Below are positions 32,319-42,653 of a DNA stretch of 64,000 nucleotides, piece by piece; position 1 is the stretch's first letter, and the number at the start of each line of letters is the position of its first letter. The notes below the pieces were generated by a model. That model ran no database searches. It saw only the letters and a list, made by a program, of their open reading frames with translations, and was not told the origin of the DNA. The position numbers and the translations under genes were made by a program. Source of the DNA: Tannerellaceae bacterium (lineage in GTDB: Bacteria > Bacteroidota > Bacteroidia > Bacteroidales > Tannerellaceae); assembly GCA_031257015.1 (NCBI GenBank), contig JAIRPK010000056.1:14116-78115 (forward strand). Reading direction: 5' to 3'.

Positions 32319-34157
32319 TCATCTCTTTACTACCTTTATACTCCTGGCTTCATTACCCATATCCGCCTCTAAAATATAAACCCCGGAAGGAAGATGACCG
32401 ACATGTATATTTATCGTGCTCTCCGCAGTTGTGTATGTAAAACGAGCGATTGTTCTTCCGCCCATATCCGTGATTTTAATGCTGCGAATTGCCTCATTTT
32501 TAACTGTGCGCACGTGAATATTTTCTCCGGAAATAGCGGCTATTAGCTCGACGGTGTTCTTATTTACTTTTTTCGTGCCAGTTGAGAAGGCAAGGCTGAG
32601 TTCTGCGTTTTTTTGCCCGCGGACTTTTTTCCAGTCGTGTCCATCAGGCTTATAATACATTTGCAAATTGTCGCCATCTACCCAATCATTAATGACATAC
32701 GGGCCTAAGTCCTCTTCAGAACGGGCAATGCCGGCTTCTATCGTATATTGTATGGAATCAAGCATCGCCTTTTTATTCCCTGCCTTGTCGAAAATAAAAA
32801 AGCCTATCGCGCCATTGAAATCCCTCATGCCGTAATCAGCTATGAATGAAAAGTTTAAGGTGAACGGCTCGCCTTTTTGAATAGGACTGTTTACAAATAA
32901 ACCTGTCGTCTCGTAAGTCTCATATTCATAAAAAAACAGTTCATTATCAATGAAGGAACCCTCAACGGCTCTTTTCAGACCGAGAACAGCGTCGTGATTA
33001 TACGAATAGCCAGAGCCGGGCATACTTTCTGCCGGATTGAGAGCGTCCAGAATATAAAACCCATTGGCCGTCCCGCTCCAACCCCAATTGACATGGTAAT
33101 AGCTTTTTCCAGTGCTCCGGTTCCTGGCAAATCCGTCAAGGAGGAACTGATGCCCCTCGGTGCCATCTTCCGTCAAACCTCCGTAGAGAACCAGCCGACC
33201 GGCGGTTAATTCCGCCTGCAATGCGTTGTCCCACTCGTCAAAATTGTAAAGTTCGCGCCATGCCAAATGCAAGCTTTTATCATACCCAAATGTGTTAACA
33301 AGCGCATTTACAGCGTCCCATTCGGTTGCACCGCTTGCCTCCGCACTATAATCCATGCGAACCATCGCCCCGCAGTGGAAAAGCAAAGTGGATACCGCCG
33401 TTGCCTGCGCAGAGGTGTAAAGATTTACATTATTTGACCTCGTGTAGGCATCCAGCATATCGTCCCAAGCGTAGGCCGTATTGAAATTCACGCTAACCGG
33501 AATCCGTTTATCTTTTGTCGTATAACTAACATGTCCCGAAGCCTTTTCAGGCCATCCGTAATACTTCATGGCGATGCCCATTGACGTGGCGACGCAACCA
33601 ACCAGAGAGCGGGAACGACCGTCGCGGGGACAAAGTTCGTTAAACGGCTCTGCCTGGTCCCATTTGGCGGTGGGAAGGAGGGTAACTGTTTCCAATTGGC
33701 TATCAGCCAGGAGGTTAGCAGAAGAAAAAGCCTGCCATTCCAGTAGCCTCTTTTCAGAAGCAACTGCGCCCGCGGCGATGGCCGACGAGATGTTTTTTTC
33801 ATAGCCAGAAAGCCATCGGCTAAGGTTTTCAGGCATATTATGAGCGGAAAAACTACCCTCGGCAGCATATCCGAGTATGGGGGAAGCAACGTCGTCAGCA
33901 GCGACGATGACAAATCCCGCATTGTCGCCGGTATTATAAATGTAAAAAAGAGGTATTTCTTCCGAAGGCTGGAGCGGTTGGACTTTCAAAACGGCGGTAT
34001 AAACCAAATTAACGGATGCGCTCCTTAATACGCCGCCATTCGCCGCAAAAGCCATAGCTATTTCCCTCGCTTTAGCCACATCCACCTGTTTTGCCTTTAC
34101 TAAAAAGATGTTTGATACTATTAAAAAAAGAATAAATGTATATGTCTTTATTTTCAT
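32319..34157 (-). CDS. C10 (streptopain/PrtT-like) cysteine protease with Spi-type prodomain and T9SS C-terminal domain
   Basis: GFVIVAADD prodomain, catalytic GCVAT and GHQF, HVNWGW.G..NGFY, C-terminal LPSGVYIL...KVVKR. Start set at the ATG at 34157 because the upstream TTG overlaps a TAACTTTG box at 34185-34192. Confidence 0.92.
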   Translation of the reverse strand: MKIKTYTFILFLIVSNIFLVKAKQVDVAKAREIAMAFAANGGVLRSASVNLVYTAVLKVQPLQPSEEIPLFYIYNTGDNAGFVIVAADDVASPILGYAAEGSFSAHNMPENLSRWLSGYEKNISSAIAAGAVASEKRLLEWQAFSSANLLADSQLETVTLLPTAKWDQAEPFNELCPRDGRSRSLVGCVATSMGIAMKYYGWPEKASGHVSYTTKDKRIPVSVNFNTAYAWDDMLDAYTRSNNVNLYTSAQATAVSTLLFHCGAMVRMDYSAEASGATEWDAVNALVNTFGYDKSLHLAWRELYNFDEWDNALQAELTAGRLVLYGGLTEDGTEGHQFLLDGFARNRSTGKSYYHVNWGWSGTANGFYILDALNPAESMPGSGYSYNHDAVLGLKRAVEGSFIDNELFFYEYETYETTGLFVNSPIQKGEPFTLNFSFIADYGMRDFNGAIGFFIFDKAGNKKAMLDSIQYTIEAGIARSEEDLGPYVINDWVDGDNLQMYYKPDGHDWKKVRGQKNAELSLAFSTGTKKVNKNTVELIAAISGENIHVRTVKNEAIRSIKITDMGGRTIARFTYTTAESTINIHVGHLPSGVYILEADMGNEARSIKVVKR

Positions 34158-34515
34158 ATAAATTAATTTGTTAAAGAGAATATGCAAAGTTAAGAAAATC
34201 CACTAAATGAAATGATTTTTGTCAAAACCGAAAATCCTATAAGCCCTCAATTATTATTCCTTTGCAAAGGCTACTTTTTAGCGCACAGAATTTTAATCTC
34301 ACCCACCCAGCAAAACCATCCTGATTTTGCAAAACTCTCAATTATCCATCCTAAATTCGCTTAAAGAAAGAACTGTCACTACGGAAATGTCTAATACCCT
34401 CATGGAAAAGCGAACTGCCTCCCTGGCCAATCTCCCAAATCCAGTATCAAAAGCCCAAACCAGCATTGGGAAGCCTTTATCCCTCTTTTTCAATCACGAT
34501 TTCATCGCAGAAAAA

Positions 34516-34830
34516 CCTGAAGTTTCCGCGGAAAAATCCAAAATTTCCATGGGAATGTCTGAAATTTCCACGAAAAAATTCAAAATTCCCGCGGAGATTC
34601 CCAAAATCCCCATGGAAAAATCGGAGATTTCCACGGAGATTCCTGAAATTCCCGTGGAAAAATCCAAAATCTCCGCGGGGACGACTGAAATTTCCGCGGG
34701 GAAATTCAAAATTCCCACGGAAATGGTTGAATATGATGCGGGGATAGTTGAAATATTTGTGAGGATGGTTAAAATTACCACTGAGATTGCCGAAATATTT
34801 ATGTGGATGGGCAAAATATTCAAGAGCAAG
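34516..34830. repeat. Degenerate 21-bp tandem array (10 conserved plus about 5 decayed units)
   Basis: Units such as CCTGAAGTTTCCGCGGAAAAA, TCCAAAATTTCCATGGGAATG and ACTGAAATTTCCGCGGGGAAA in strict 21-bp register from 34516. Confidence 0.88.
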
Positions 34831-35022
34831 GCCTAAATCGCCGCGAGGAAGTCCTGTGTTTCCGTGAAAATGGTCGAACTATCTATGTTGGCACCCGAAT
34901 ATAAAGTTTTCGGATAGAATGTGGAATTGCAGAAGCGATGGCGTTTTTCCCGGCGCAGGAATAGTGGTTTCGTGGGATGTTGAACAGTAGCGGAGATGCC
35001 AAAGGCGGCATATATTAATGAG

Positions 35023-35068
35023 AAAAGAGAGGCGCGGGCGGGGTTCCCACTTTCGCGCTTCTCTTTTT
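35023..35068 (-). terminator. Intrinsic terminator of the oxidoreductase-DUF1097 operon
   Basis: AAAAGAGAGGCGCG / CGCGCTTCTCTTTT inverted repeat with a minus-strand T tail. Confidence 0.7.
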
Positions 35069-35147
35069 AAATTTAAGAACTGTGATATGATAATTTAGAA
35101 TTGCATACGGCTGGCGGAGAATGATGAGTTCGTGGCTCGCCGATGTT

Positions 35148-35663
35148 TTATTTTTCCAGCTTTTTGGACAGGATGCCTTTACCTGTGATCGTTATCCAGC
35201 CGAAGAGGAGGCCGATGAAGCCGTAGATGATTTCTACGCAGGCGGCGGTGCCGAAAGTGGCGTCGGGGACGTAGGTCATTATCCCAAAGTAGCAGCCGGA
35301 AGCGACGAACATTGCGGGAATGAGGTCAACCCATGGTACTTTTTCCAAGTAAAGGACGATGAAGACAACGATAAACACGGCTATGGGGACGGACAGGAAT
35401 GGCATTGCCGCGAACAGATCGGCGATGAGGATGATGCCAACGGAGAATGTGACGCCGATGACGTAGCCGATGGCGGCGCGGATGCCTCCTTTTCCGGTGC
35501 AGCCTGAAAAGAAGTACACTGCCCATGCCACGAAGGCGATGTATGTGAAACCTTTTTCGCTGCCGATGGGCATGAGGGGCTTGAGTAGCTGATCGATGAC
35601 GACGATGATGAAGGCGAGGGCGGCAGTGTAGGCTGAGCCTGCTGCGAACGATAGCTTTTTCAT
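35148..35663 (-). CDS. DUF1097 membrane protein
   Basis: Multi-TM 171-aa ORF with YIAFVAWAVYFFSG and IPAMFVASGCYFG. Confidence 0.8.
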   Translation of the reverse strand: MKKLSFAAGSAYTAALAFIIVVIDQLLKPLMPIGSEKGFTYIAFVAWAVYFFSGCTGKGGIRAAIGYVIGVTFSVGIILIADLFAAMPFLSVPIAVFIVVFIVLYLEKVPWVDLIPAMFVASGCYFGIMTYVPDATFGTAACVEIIYGFIGLLFGWITITGKGILSKKLEK

Positions 35664-35683
35664 GTGGATATATTAATTAAAGG

Positions 35684-36973
35684 TTATCCGAGTTTCCATG
35701 GTTTGCGGACGAAACCGGAGCGAAGTTTGTTGGCTTCGCTGTCGTTCTCGAACTCTTCCTTGACTGGGTTCCAGTGCAGGGGGCGTTGGAGTTCGTAGCA
35801 GATATTGGCGAGGAGGCAAACGGTCGTTGTGCGATGTCCGATCTCGGCGGTGGAGATGGGTTGCTGGCGGGTCTTAATGCAGTCAAGCCAATTGCGGTAG
35901 TGATCGTTGCTTTCGTAGAGTTTTATTTCGCTGTCTGCAAACTTGTGGGTGAGGAGGTTGGATGGCATAGCTTCCAGATACTCACGGCTGATGTCCAACA
36001 TGCCTTTGGTTCCGATGAAGCGTACGCCTGCACCACGTCCGAAGCTTTCGTGTGTCATGACGATGCCGTTGTCGTAAACGAAGGTGAGGTGCTTATGGTC
36101 TTTGTCAGGCGGATAGACAGCAACAGGGCCGCTGTCGTCTTTGCCTAACGCCCATTGGGCTATGTCGAACATGTGCGCCCCCCAGTCGGCGGTCATCCCG
36201 TTGCCGTATTCTTTGTAGTTGCGCCAGTTCGGATAGACATCACGCTCGATAGGGGGAGCCAGTTCGGAGTTAAATTCGTTGTACACGGCTGGGCCTACCC
36301 ACATGTCCCAATTGATGCTGTTGACGTTCTTTTCGGGCTTGAGGTCGTATTTTACAGGCGGAGGCCCAACATCGACTTTGACTTCGCGGATTTCGCCCAA
36401 GTGCCCGTTGCGGACGAGTTGGCAGGCGATACGGAAGTTTTTCCACGAGCGTTGCATGTTGCCTGTTTGATTGATGCGACCGTATTGCTCGATGGCTTTG
36501 ACCATGAGGCGGCCTTCTTCGATGCTGTGCGCGTAAGGCTTCTCGCAGTAAACATCCTTGCCTGCCTTGGCGGCTTCGATGACGTTGATTGCGTGCCAGT
36601 GGTCGGGAGTGGCAATGACGACGGCGTCGATGTCTTTATTGGCTAGAAGTTCGCGGAAGTCACCGTATAGTTTTAGTCCTTTGGCGAACATGTTTCGCTT
36701 GGCATATTCCCCTTCGGTTATTTCCTTGAAAAGGTCCAGTTTGGCAGGATATACGTCACTGCCGGCAATGACGCGAGCACGGCGTGCAAATTCGGTAAGG
36801 AGATAACGCCCTTGCTTACCTGTGCCAATAAAGCCGAGGGTGATTTCGTCGCTTGGAGCTGTATAACCTATACCGCCTAATACGTGGCGTGGAACGATGG
36901 TCAGGGCGGCAGCGGCCATCATGCCTTTACCGATGAATTGTCGTCTTGACAATGAAGTTTTTGATTTTCTCAT
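35684..36973 (-). CDS. Tat-exported Gfo/Idh/MocA oxidoreductase
   Basis: SRRQF twin-arginine signal, GFIGTGKQG, IATPDHWH, DVYCEKP and DWGAHMFD motifs. Confidence 0.93.
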   Translation of the reverse strand: MRKSKTSLSRRQFIGKGMMAAAALTIVPRHVLGGIGYTAPSDEITLGFIGTGKQGRYLLTEFARRARVIAGSDVYPAKLDLFKEITEGEYAKRNMFAKGLKLYGDFRELLANKDIDAVVIATPDHWHAINVIEAAKAGKDVYCEKPYAHSIEEGRLMVKAIEQYGRINQTGNMQRSWKNFRIACQLVRNGHLGEIREVKVDVGPPPVKYDLKPEKNVNSINWDMWVGPAVYNEFNSELAPPIERDVYPNWRNYKEYGNGMTADWGAHMFDIAQWALGKDDSGPVAVYPPDKDHKHLTFVYDNGIVMTHESFGRGAGVRFIGTKGMLDISREYLEAMPSNLLTHKFADSEIKLYESNDHYRNWLDCIKTRQQPISTAEIGHRTTTVCLLANICYELQRPLHWNPVKEEFENDSEANKLRSGFVRKPWKLG

Positions 36974-38286
36974 GATTTAATATTTAATGAGATTTGTAAA
37001 TATTTGTATTATGTTCGCAAATATATGCTTTTTCCTGATAATTATATATCCTCAGGTAGTAGCTCTGTGGATTTCCCAGCTATAATTCCGTACACGATAT
37101 TATTAGTCATGGTTTGGAATAAGTCATAAAAGAACAGGAGTAATATTAAATATTTTATTATAACTGAAAGATGCTGTATATTGACGATTTATGCAAAGAA
37201 GTTGCATAAGAGCCGGAAAGATGTCAAACGATTCAGCATGACGGGAAAAAGCGAAAAATCCGCTTTGTCAAAATAAAAAACTGGAGGACAATAAAGAAGA
37301 CTTTCCTTCTGAAATTGATTAGTATTTGAAAGAGAAACAGGCATAAAAAACAACATGTAAATTCGTTTAATTACTTGTAATAACAGGATATTGTGATAAA
37401 AAATATGATTTACAACGAATTGAAAAATATCTATCAAATCGAATATTTCTAATCGAAATGTACTCTCAATTTTCTGATGACTGATGGATGTCTCGCTGTT
37501 CAAAAAATCTTCGATGAGAGATATTTTTAAATTTGTGTGTGAAGCTCCTCTGCTCTGCGGTCTTTATTTTATTAAATTCACGATGTGGAAATATTAAATC
37601 CGGTCATTGCGTTTGCTGTCCATAACAGAACTTTATGACCGTTCGCAGATTGGAAAATTACTGTGGCTTAGGCTTAATTATCATTAGCCCTATTTTAAAC
37701 AGTGTAAAAACGAATTCCTCACGAACATTTTATAATATCTTCGGAAAACGGAATTAAAAAACGCAGTTATAACGTAGTAAAAATGATGGTATAAAGAGAA
37801 GTTCGCCCAATAATGTATGACAGAGACGGGTATTACATACATGGAAGCACAGCTATATCCCCTGATACATCATTTCGATCGTAGAAATCAGTATGTACAA
37901 ACGAAATACATGTGTCTGGCAGCTAACGAGGCGCTTATGCAGCGCGTCTTAAACGCACGCTCATGGAAAATTATCTACAATATTGCCATCCGAAAAGTTT
38001 CCCAGCTTTGAAGAAAACGGCCTGCCTTATTTGATGATGGCAGAAACTCAACTATAGAATCACATCAATGAAAAGACAGGATTAGAGATTGTAGACAGGA
38101 ATTTCTTACAACTTAATTTGTTTGCATTGCATGAGAAAGATAGAGCACTTGCAGAATGAACCTGTTTTTATATCTTTGCATCCATAATTAAATCTTATGC
38201 AAAAGATTAACGAGGAGCCTGGTTTGAAGTTTGATGCTGCCGGCATAATATAAATTATAAAACAAATAATTATTAATAACAATCCC

Positions 38287-38919
38287 ATGTATAAATTAAA
38301 AAACTCAGTAGAACAAATCGGAAAGTTTTTACGCGAAATTTCCATAGTTGTGATAGGTATTGCCATTACGTTGTCGGCAAGTTATTGGATAACGCAGTGT
38401 GCCGAAAAAAGAGATTTATCTCTTTACCTGAACGCGATCAGGCTGGAATTGGAAGATAACATAAAAGAACTTGACAGAGAAGCAGAATATTTGGAGGATT
38501 GGGAAAATTATGCCATCTATTTAGCATTGCAAGATAGAAAAACATTAAATCCGGACAGCATACGCACAGAGGCATACCCTGGCTTGGGCTATATTGAAAC
38601 GGCTGTTTTTCAAACAAGTGCTTTTGAGATGTTTAAAGCTTCGGGATACATGCGTTTAATGGGCGATAAAGAGTTATTGCAATCTATATGGAAAGCATAT
38701 ATTGAACTGGAAAAATGCAGACTGTCCATTGATTTTTATTTTGAGTTGAAAAAAGTGCAATGCTTAAAAGAAAACCAATTGAAACTGGAAGGAAAACTGG
38801 TATCCATACCCTTATATGACTTTTTTGTAACATATATAAATACAGGAGCGATGGACGAATGTCAAAAGATTTCAAAGTATTTAAAGGGAATGGTGACAAG
38901 ACTAGAACAGAATAAATGA
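38287..38919 (+). CDS. Hypothetical protein with one N-terminal TM helix (DUF6090-like)
   Basis: REISIVVIGIAITL followed by a helical L..EL..N region; family call tentative. Confidence 0.65.
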   Translation: MYKLKNSVEQIGKFLREISIVVIGIAITLSASYWITQCAEKRDLSLYLNAIRLELEDNIKELDREAEYLEDWENYAIYLALQDRKTLNPDSIRTEAYPGLGYIETAVFQTSAFEMFKASGYMRLMGDKELLQSIWKAYIELEKCRLSIDFYFELKKVQCLKENQLKLEGKLVSIPLYDFFVTYINTGAMDECQKISKYLKGMVTRLEQNK

Positions 38920-39071
38920 TTGTCACGAAATGTTTAAACAAATATTTGCCGGTTTTCAACATAAGCAAATTCATGAGCAAAAAAAATAAAGGATGACATT
39001 GCGAAAATAGTTTTAATACAGGGATTTACTGATGAAGCGTTTTTTCATACCTTTGCGCCCATAAATTAATT

Positions 39072-40874
39072 ATGATGCAAAAGATTAGGAATATAGCTAT
39101 AATTGCCCATGTCGATCATGGGAAAACGACGTTGGTGGATAAAATGCTGCTGGCGGGGAAACTTTTCAGAGAAGGACATGACGAGTTGGACCAATTCCTT
39201 GACAGCAATGATTTGGAACGCGAGCGCGGTATAACAATTCTTTCCAAGAATGTGTCTATTCGATACAAGGAACATAAAATAAACATAATAGATACGCCTG
39301 GACATGCCGATTTCGGCGGCGAAGTTGAGCGTGTTTTGAACATGGCAGACGGTTGCCTGCTGCTTGTGGATGCTTTTGAAGGGCCGATGCCGCAAACGAG
39401 ATTCGTGCTGCAAAAAGCCATCCAGCTGGGATTGAAACCAATCGTGGTAATTAATAAGGTGGATAAGCCGAATTGCCGTCCAGCCGAAGTGCAAGAGATG
39501 GTATTCGACCTCATGTTTAACCTGAACGCAACTGAAGAACAACTGGACTTCCCCACCGTGTTCGGCTCGGCAAAACAGGGATGGATGTCAACAGACCGCC
39601 TCAATCCTTCAGATAACATATTCCCACTACTTGACGCTATCATTGAACATATTCCTGCGCCAGATTATAATGAAGGGGCGGCGCAAATGCTTATCACTTC
39701 GCTGGACTACTCAAAGTATGTCGGGCGAATAGCTGTCGGGCGTGTCCATCGCGGAGAAATTAAAGAGGGGCAGGACATCATACTTTGCAAACGCGACGGC
39801 ACAATGGCGAAATCCAGAATTAAGGAAGTAAACGTCTTTGAAGGTTTGGGGAGAGCCAAAGTCGGAAGCGCATTGTCGGGAGATATATGTGCGCTGATCG
39901 GTATAGAAAACTTTGAAATCGGAGAAACTGTTTGCGATGCCGCTACACCGGAAGCATTGCCGTCAATCGACATTGACGAACCTACTATGTCTATGCTGTT
40001 CACAATTAATAATTCGCCTTTCTTCGGCAAAGAAGGCAAGTTCGTCACCTCTCGGCATATTCATGACCGCTTGCAGAAAGAACTGGATAAAAACCTTGCT
40101 CTGCGCATTGAACCAGGCGCTTCGGCCGATTCGTGGCTTGTTTTTGGCAGAGGCGTACTGCATCTTTCAATCCTGATAGAAACAATGAGACGCGAAGGCT
40201 ATGAACTACAAGTCGGACAGCCGCAAGTAATCATAAAGGAGATCAATGGCCAAAAGTGCGAACCGGTCGAACAGCTCATAATAAACCTCAACGAAGACGC
40301 TTCCAGCCGAATCATTGACATCGTAACGCGGAGACGCGGCGAAATGACTGTCATGGAAAGCCGCGGAGACCGTATGCACCTGGAATTTGTAATCCCTTCG
40401 AGAGGTATTATAGGTCTGAATAACGCTGTTCTTACCGCCTCTGCCGGTGAAGCTGTCATCTCACATCGCTTCCTTGAATTTCAGCCTTTCAAGGGAGACA
40501 TGGAGAGGAGGCAGAACGGTTCAATCATTGCGATGGAAACAGGCACGGCTTTCGCTTACGCACTGAACAATTTGCAATCGCGTGGACGATTCTTCATTTC
40601 TCCCCAAGAGGAAATCTATGCAGGACAGGTCGTCGGTGAACATGCTAAAGAAGGAGATCTGGTTGTTAACGTAACAAAGTCGAAGAAACTAACCAATATG
40701 CGGGCTTCAGGCTCGGATGACAAAGTTGCACTCGCGCCACCTGTTGTCTTTAGTCTTGAGGATGCACTGGAATATATCAAGGCGGATGAATATGTTGAAA
40801 TAACGCCGCAAGCCATAAGAATGAGAAAAATAATCCTTGACGAAAACGAGAGAAAGCGAAAGGCTAGAACTTGA
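39072..40874 (+). CDS. typA: Translational GTPase TypA/BipA
   Basis: RNIAIIAHVDHGKTT, ERERGITI, DTPGHADFGGEVER, GRGVLHL and KKLTNMRASGSD; TACCTTTG promoter box at 39048-39055. Confidence 0.98.
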   Translation: MMQKIRNIAIIAHVDHGKTTLVDKMLLAGKLFREGHDELDQFLDSNDLERERGITILSKNVSIRYKEHKINIIDTPGHADFGGEVERVLNMADGCLLLVDAFEGPMPQTRFVLQKAIQLGLKPIVVINKVDKPNCRPAEVQEMVFDLMFNLNATEEQLDFPTVFGSAKQGWMSTDRLNPSDNIFPLLDAIIEHIPAPDYNEGAAQMLITSLDYSKYVGRIAVGRVHRGEIKEGQDIILCKRDGTMAKSRIKEVNVFEGLGRAKVGSALSGDICALIGIENFEIGETVCDAATPEALPSIDIDEPTMSMLFTINNSPFFGKEGKFVTSRHIHDRLQKELDKNLALRIEPGASADSWLVFGRGVLHLSILIETMRREGYELQVGQPQVIIKEINGQKCEPVEQLIINLNEDASSRIIDIVTRRRGEMTVMESRGDRMHLEFVIPSRGIIGLNNAVLTASAGEAVISHRFLEFQPFKGDMERRQNGSIIAMETGTAFAYALNNLQSRGRFFISPQEEIYAGQVVGEHAKEGDLVVNVTKSKKLTNMRASGSDDKVALAPPVVFSLEDALEYIKADEYVEITPQAIRMRKIILDENERKRKART

Positions 40875-40899
40875 ACTAAAGCTGAGAACAGGTATAAAC

Positions 40900-40939
40900 A
40901 AAAAAAACTCCAAGGCAAATATCTCCTTGGAGTTTTTTT
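40900..40939. terminator. Bidirectional intrinsic terminator between typA and the pilin cluster
   Basis: AAAAAAACTCCAAGG-N9-CCTTGGAGTTTTTTT perfect stem. Confidence 0.9.
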
Positions 40940-40961
40940 GTTTCGTCTTTATGCGAGTTGT

Positions 40962-42596
40962 TTATTTTTTAAGCTCAACATCGACTGTATCCCACGGAAG
41001 GATTTGAACGGTGGCCGTTGCATGAGTGTCGCCAGAACCGGAAGGCGTAGATTGAATCCTGTCCAAATCCTCAAGACACGGTGCGCCTATATATCCAAAG
41101 CTCGTAATAGTCCCGCGGTATTGCTTGTTGCGAAGGAGACCTCCGTCAGCGTTGCCGGATATGTCGAAGCGGTAATAGCATATGTAATTTTCGTATTTAT
41201 AAATCTTATGGCGTTTAGGTTCATAGCTTGACGTATATCCATCGGAGCTGCCGTCGTTCTCAAGGAAATAAACCACGCTCTTGGCCAAGTCCTCTGTTTG
41301 GTAGAATTTGAAGAAATCAAGGTAAGTACGATTCAACATAATACTGTCTCTTTTCAGAATGTCCGGAAGATTACGTATCCTGCCTGAGCCAGGAACATTT
41401 TCAACGTCATAATTAGAATTAAAATCAATATAATATGCCTCTGGAAAAAGAGTGGAGCTATAAGTGACAGCATTGACTATATGTGCAGTATTATCGAATG
41501 AGACAGACGTAACTTGCGCACCTGGCAATTGAGGCTTGAATCTGGCCTTGACAACAATATAAGTGCTATTCCCAACTTCGTCTAAAACATTCTCAGGAAC
41601 ATAATAATAATCAGAGGGCGTCGCTGACGATAAACTCTTTAAAGGAATATTTATCTCGGAGCTGTCGCCGTTCGACCACCAGAACGGTTTGTATGTCGCT
41701 ATTTCAGAGAGATCCAAGCCAGCAAGCGCATCGTGAAATGGAACCAGCGGTTTACTGTTTGCATCCGTATTTTTAAATAACGCCACAGCCCTGTTCTGGT
41801 TCCTGACGCCCCAATACAAATCGTCCAGGGTGCCACAATATTTTACAACAGACGAAGTCCATTTACTGCTAAAAGTTCCGCCTGAGTATCCTGTTATTGT
41901 CACCTTCGCAACCGTCCTTTGCAAATCAATAGAGAAATGATTCTTCGTCGAATCGGAGCCGGACTGCGATTCTTCTGAAGATATGTTCGGACGGACAATG
42001 CGAAGACTCGAACTATCCGACTGTGAATTACTGAAGACCATGTAAGGCGTAGTCATGTCGGAATAGTCCAGCGAGGAGAGCGGCGCAGGAGAGGAAGATA
42101 AGGCAGGACGGCCGAAGTCTATCTCGTGAAGAAAGAGTTTTCCGGCGCTGCTCGCGGTCTTGCTGGCGACCAGCTTGTCAAGCGTGAGGCCTTTCTGGTT
42201 GCCGAAGCGCCATGATTTGTTGTGTTCGTTGGCGAGGACAAAGATCCTTTTGGTTCCGGAAGTTAGCGGAACGGTAGCGGTTTGGTTGCCGGTGGTGAGA
42301 ACCGTGGTATCGACCTCGCATGTCCCGTTGTTGGCGCTGGTGTGAGAGTAAATCATCAGGCGCACACTCTTGATGGAATCCTTCTCGGCGGCGTCGCTTG
42401 TTAGCGGGGCCTTGGTTGAGCCTGTGACGGCGAAGTTGAAGGTGGCGTAAGTTACGTCCCTGGGGCTTTCAGTCTCATTTTCGGATAAACCGGCGGGGAC
42501 TTCCTTTACTGCGCACCCGGACAAGATTGCGGCGACGGTGGCCGCGAACAAAATAGTTGAATAGCTTTTCATTTTCTTATTATTAAAAAAGTTCAT
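40962..42596 (-). CDS. Type V pilus Mfa1/FimA-like pilin, paralog 5 (lipoprotein)
   Basis: Lipobox LSGC, STKAPL, RLMIY and KRIFVLAN N-domain, LQRTVAKV, YYRFDI..LRNKQY.G.I, Pro-containing tail and ILPWDTVDVELKK. Confidence 0.85.
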   Translation of the reverse strand: MNFFNNKKMKSYSTILFAATVAAILSGCAVKEVPAGLSENETESPRDVTYATFNFAVTGSTKAPLTSDAAEKDSIKSVRLMIYSHTSANNGTCEVDTTVLTTGNQTATVPLTSGTKRIFVLANEHNKSWRFGNQKGLTLDKLVASKTASSAGKLFLHEIDFGRPALSSSPAPLSSLDYSDMTTPYMVFSNSQSDSSSLRIVRPNISSEESQSGSDSTKNHFSIDLQRTVAKVTITGYSGGTFSSKWTSSVVKYCGTLDDLYWGVRNQNRAVALFKNTDANSKPLVPFHDALAGLDLSEIATYKPFWWSNGDSSEINIPLKSLSSATPSDYYYVPENVLDEVGNSTYIVVKARFKPQLPGAQVTSVSFDNTAHIVNAVTYSSTLFPEAYYIDFNSNYDVENVPGSGRIRNLPDILKRDSIMLNRTYLDFFKFYQTEDLAKSVVYFLENDGSSDGYTSSYEPKRHKIYKYENYICYYRFDISGNADGGLLRNKQYRGTITSFGYIGAPCLEDLDRIQSTPSGSGDTHATATVQILPWDTVDVELKK

Positions 42597-42653
42597 ATTG
42601 GATATTTATTCTTATTGTAACTGTTCGTTAAGCCTTGCGGTGTTCTGTTACAT

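Noticed and set aside
37900-37960. GCTAACG-containing segment resembling an attC/cassette boundary
   Set aside because: No complementary core site or paired L/R boxes were found, and there is no integrase.
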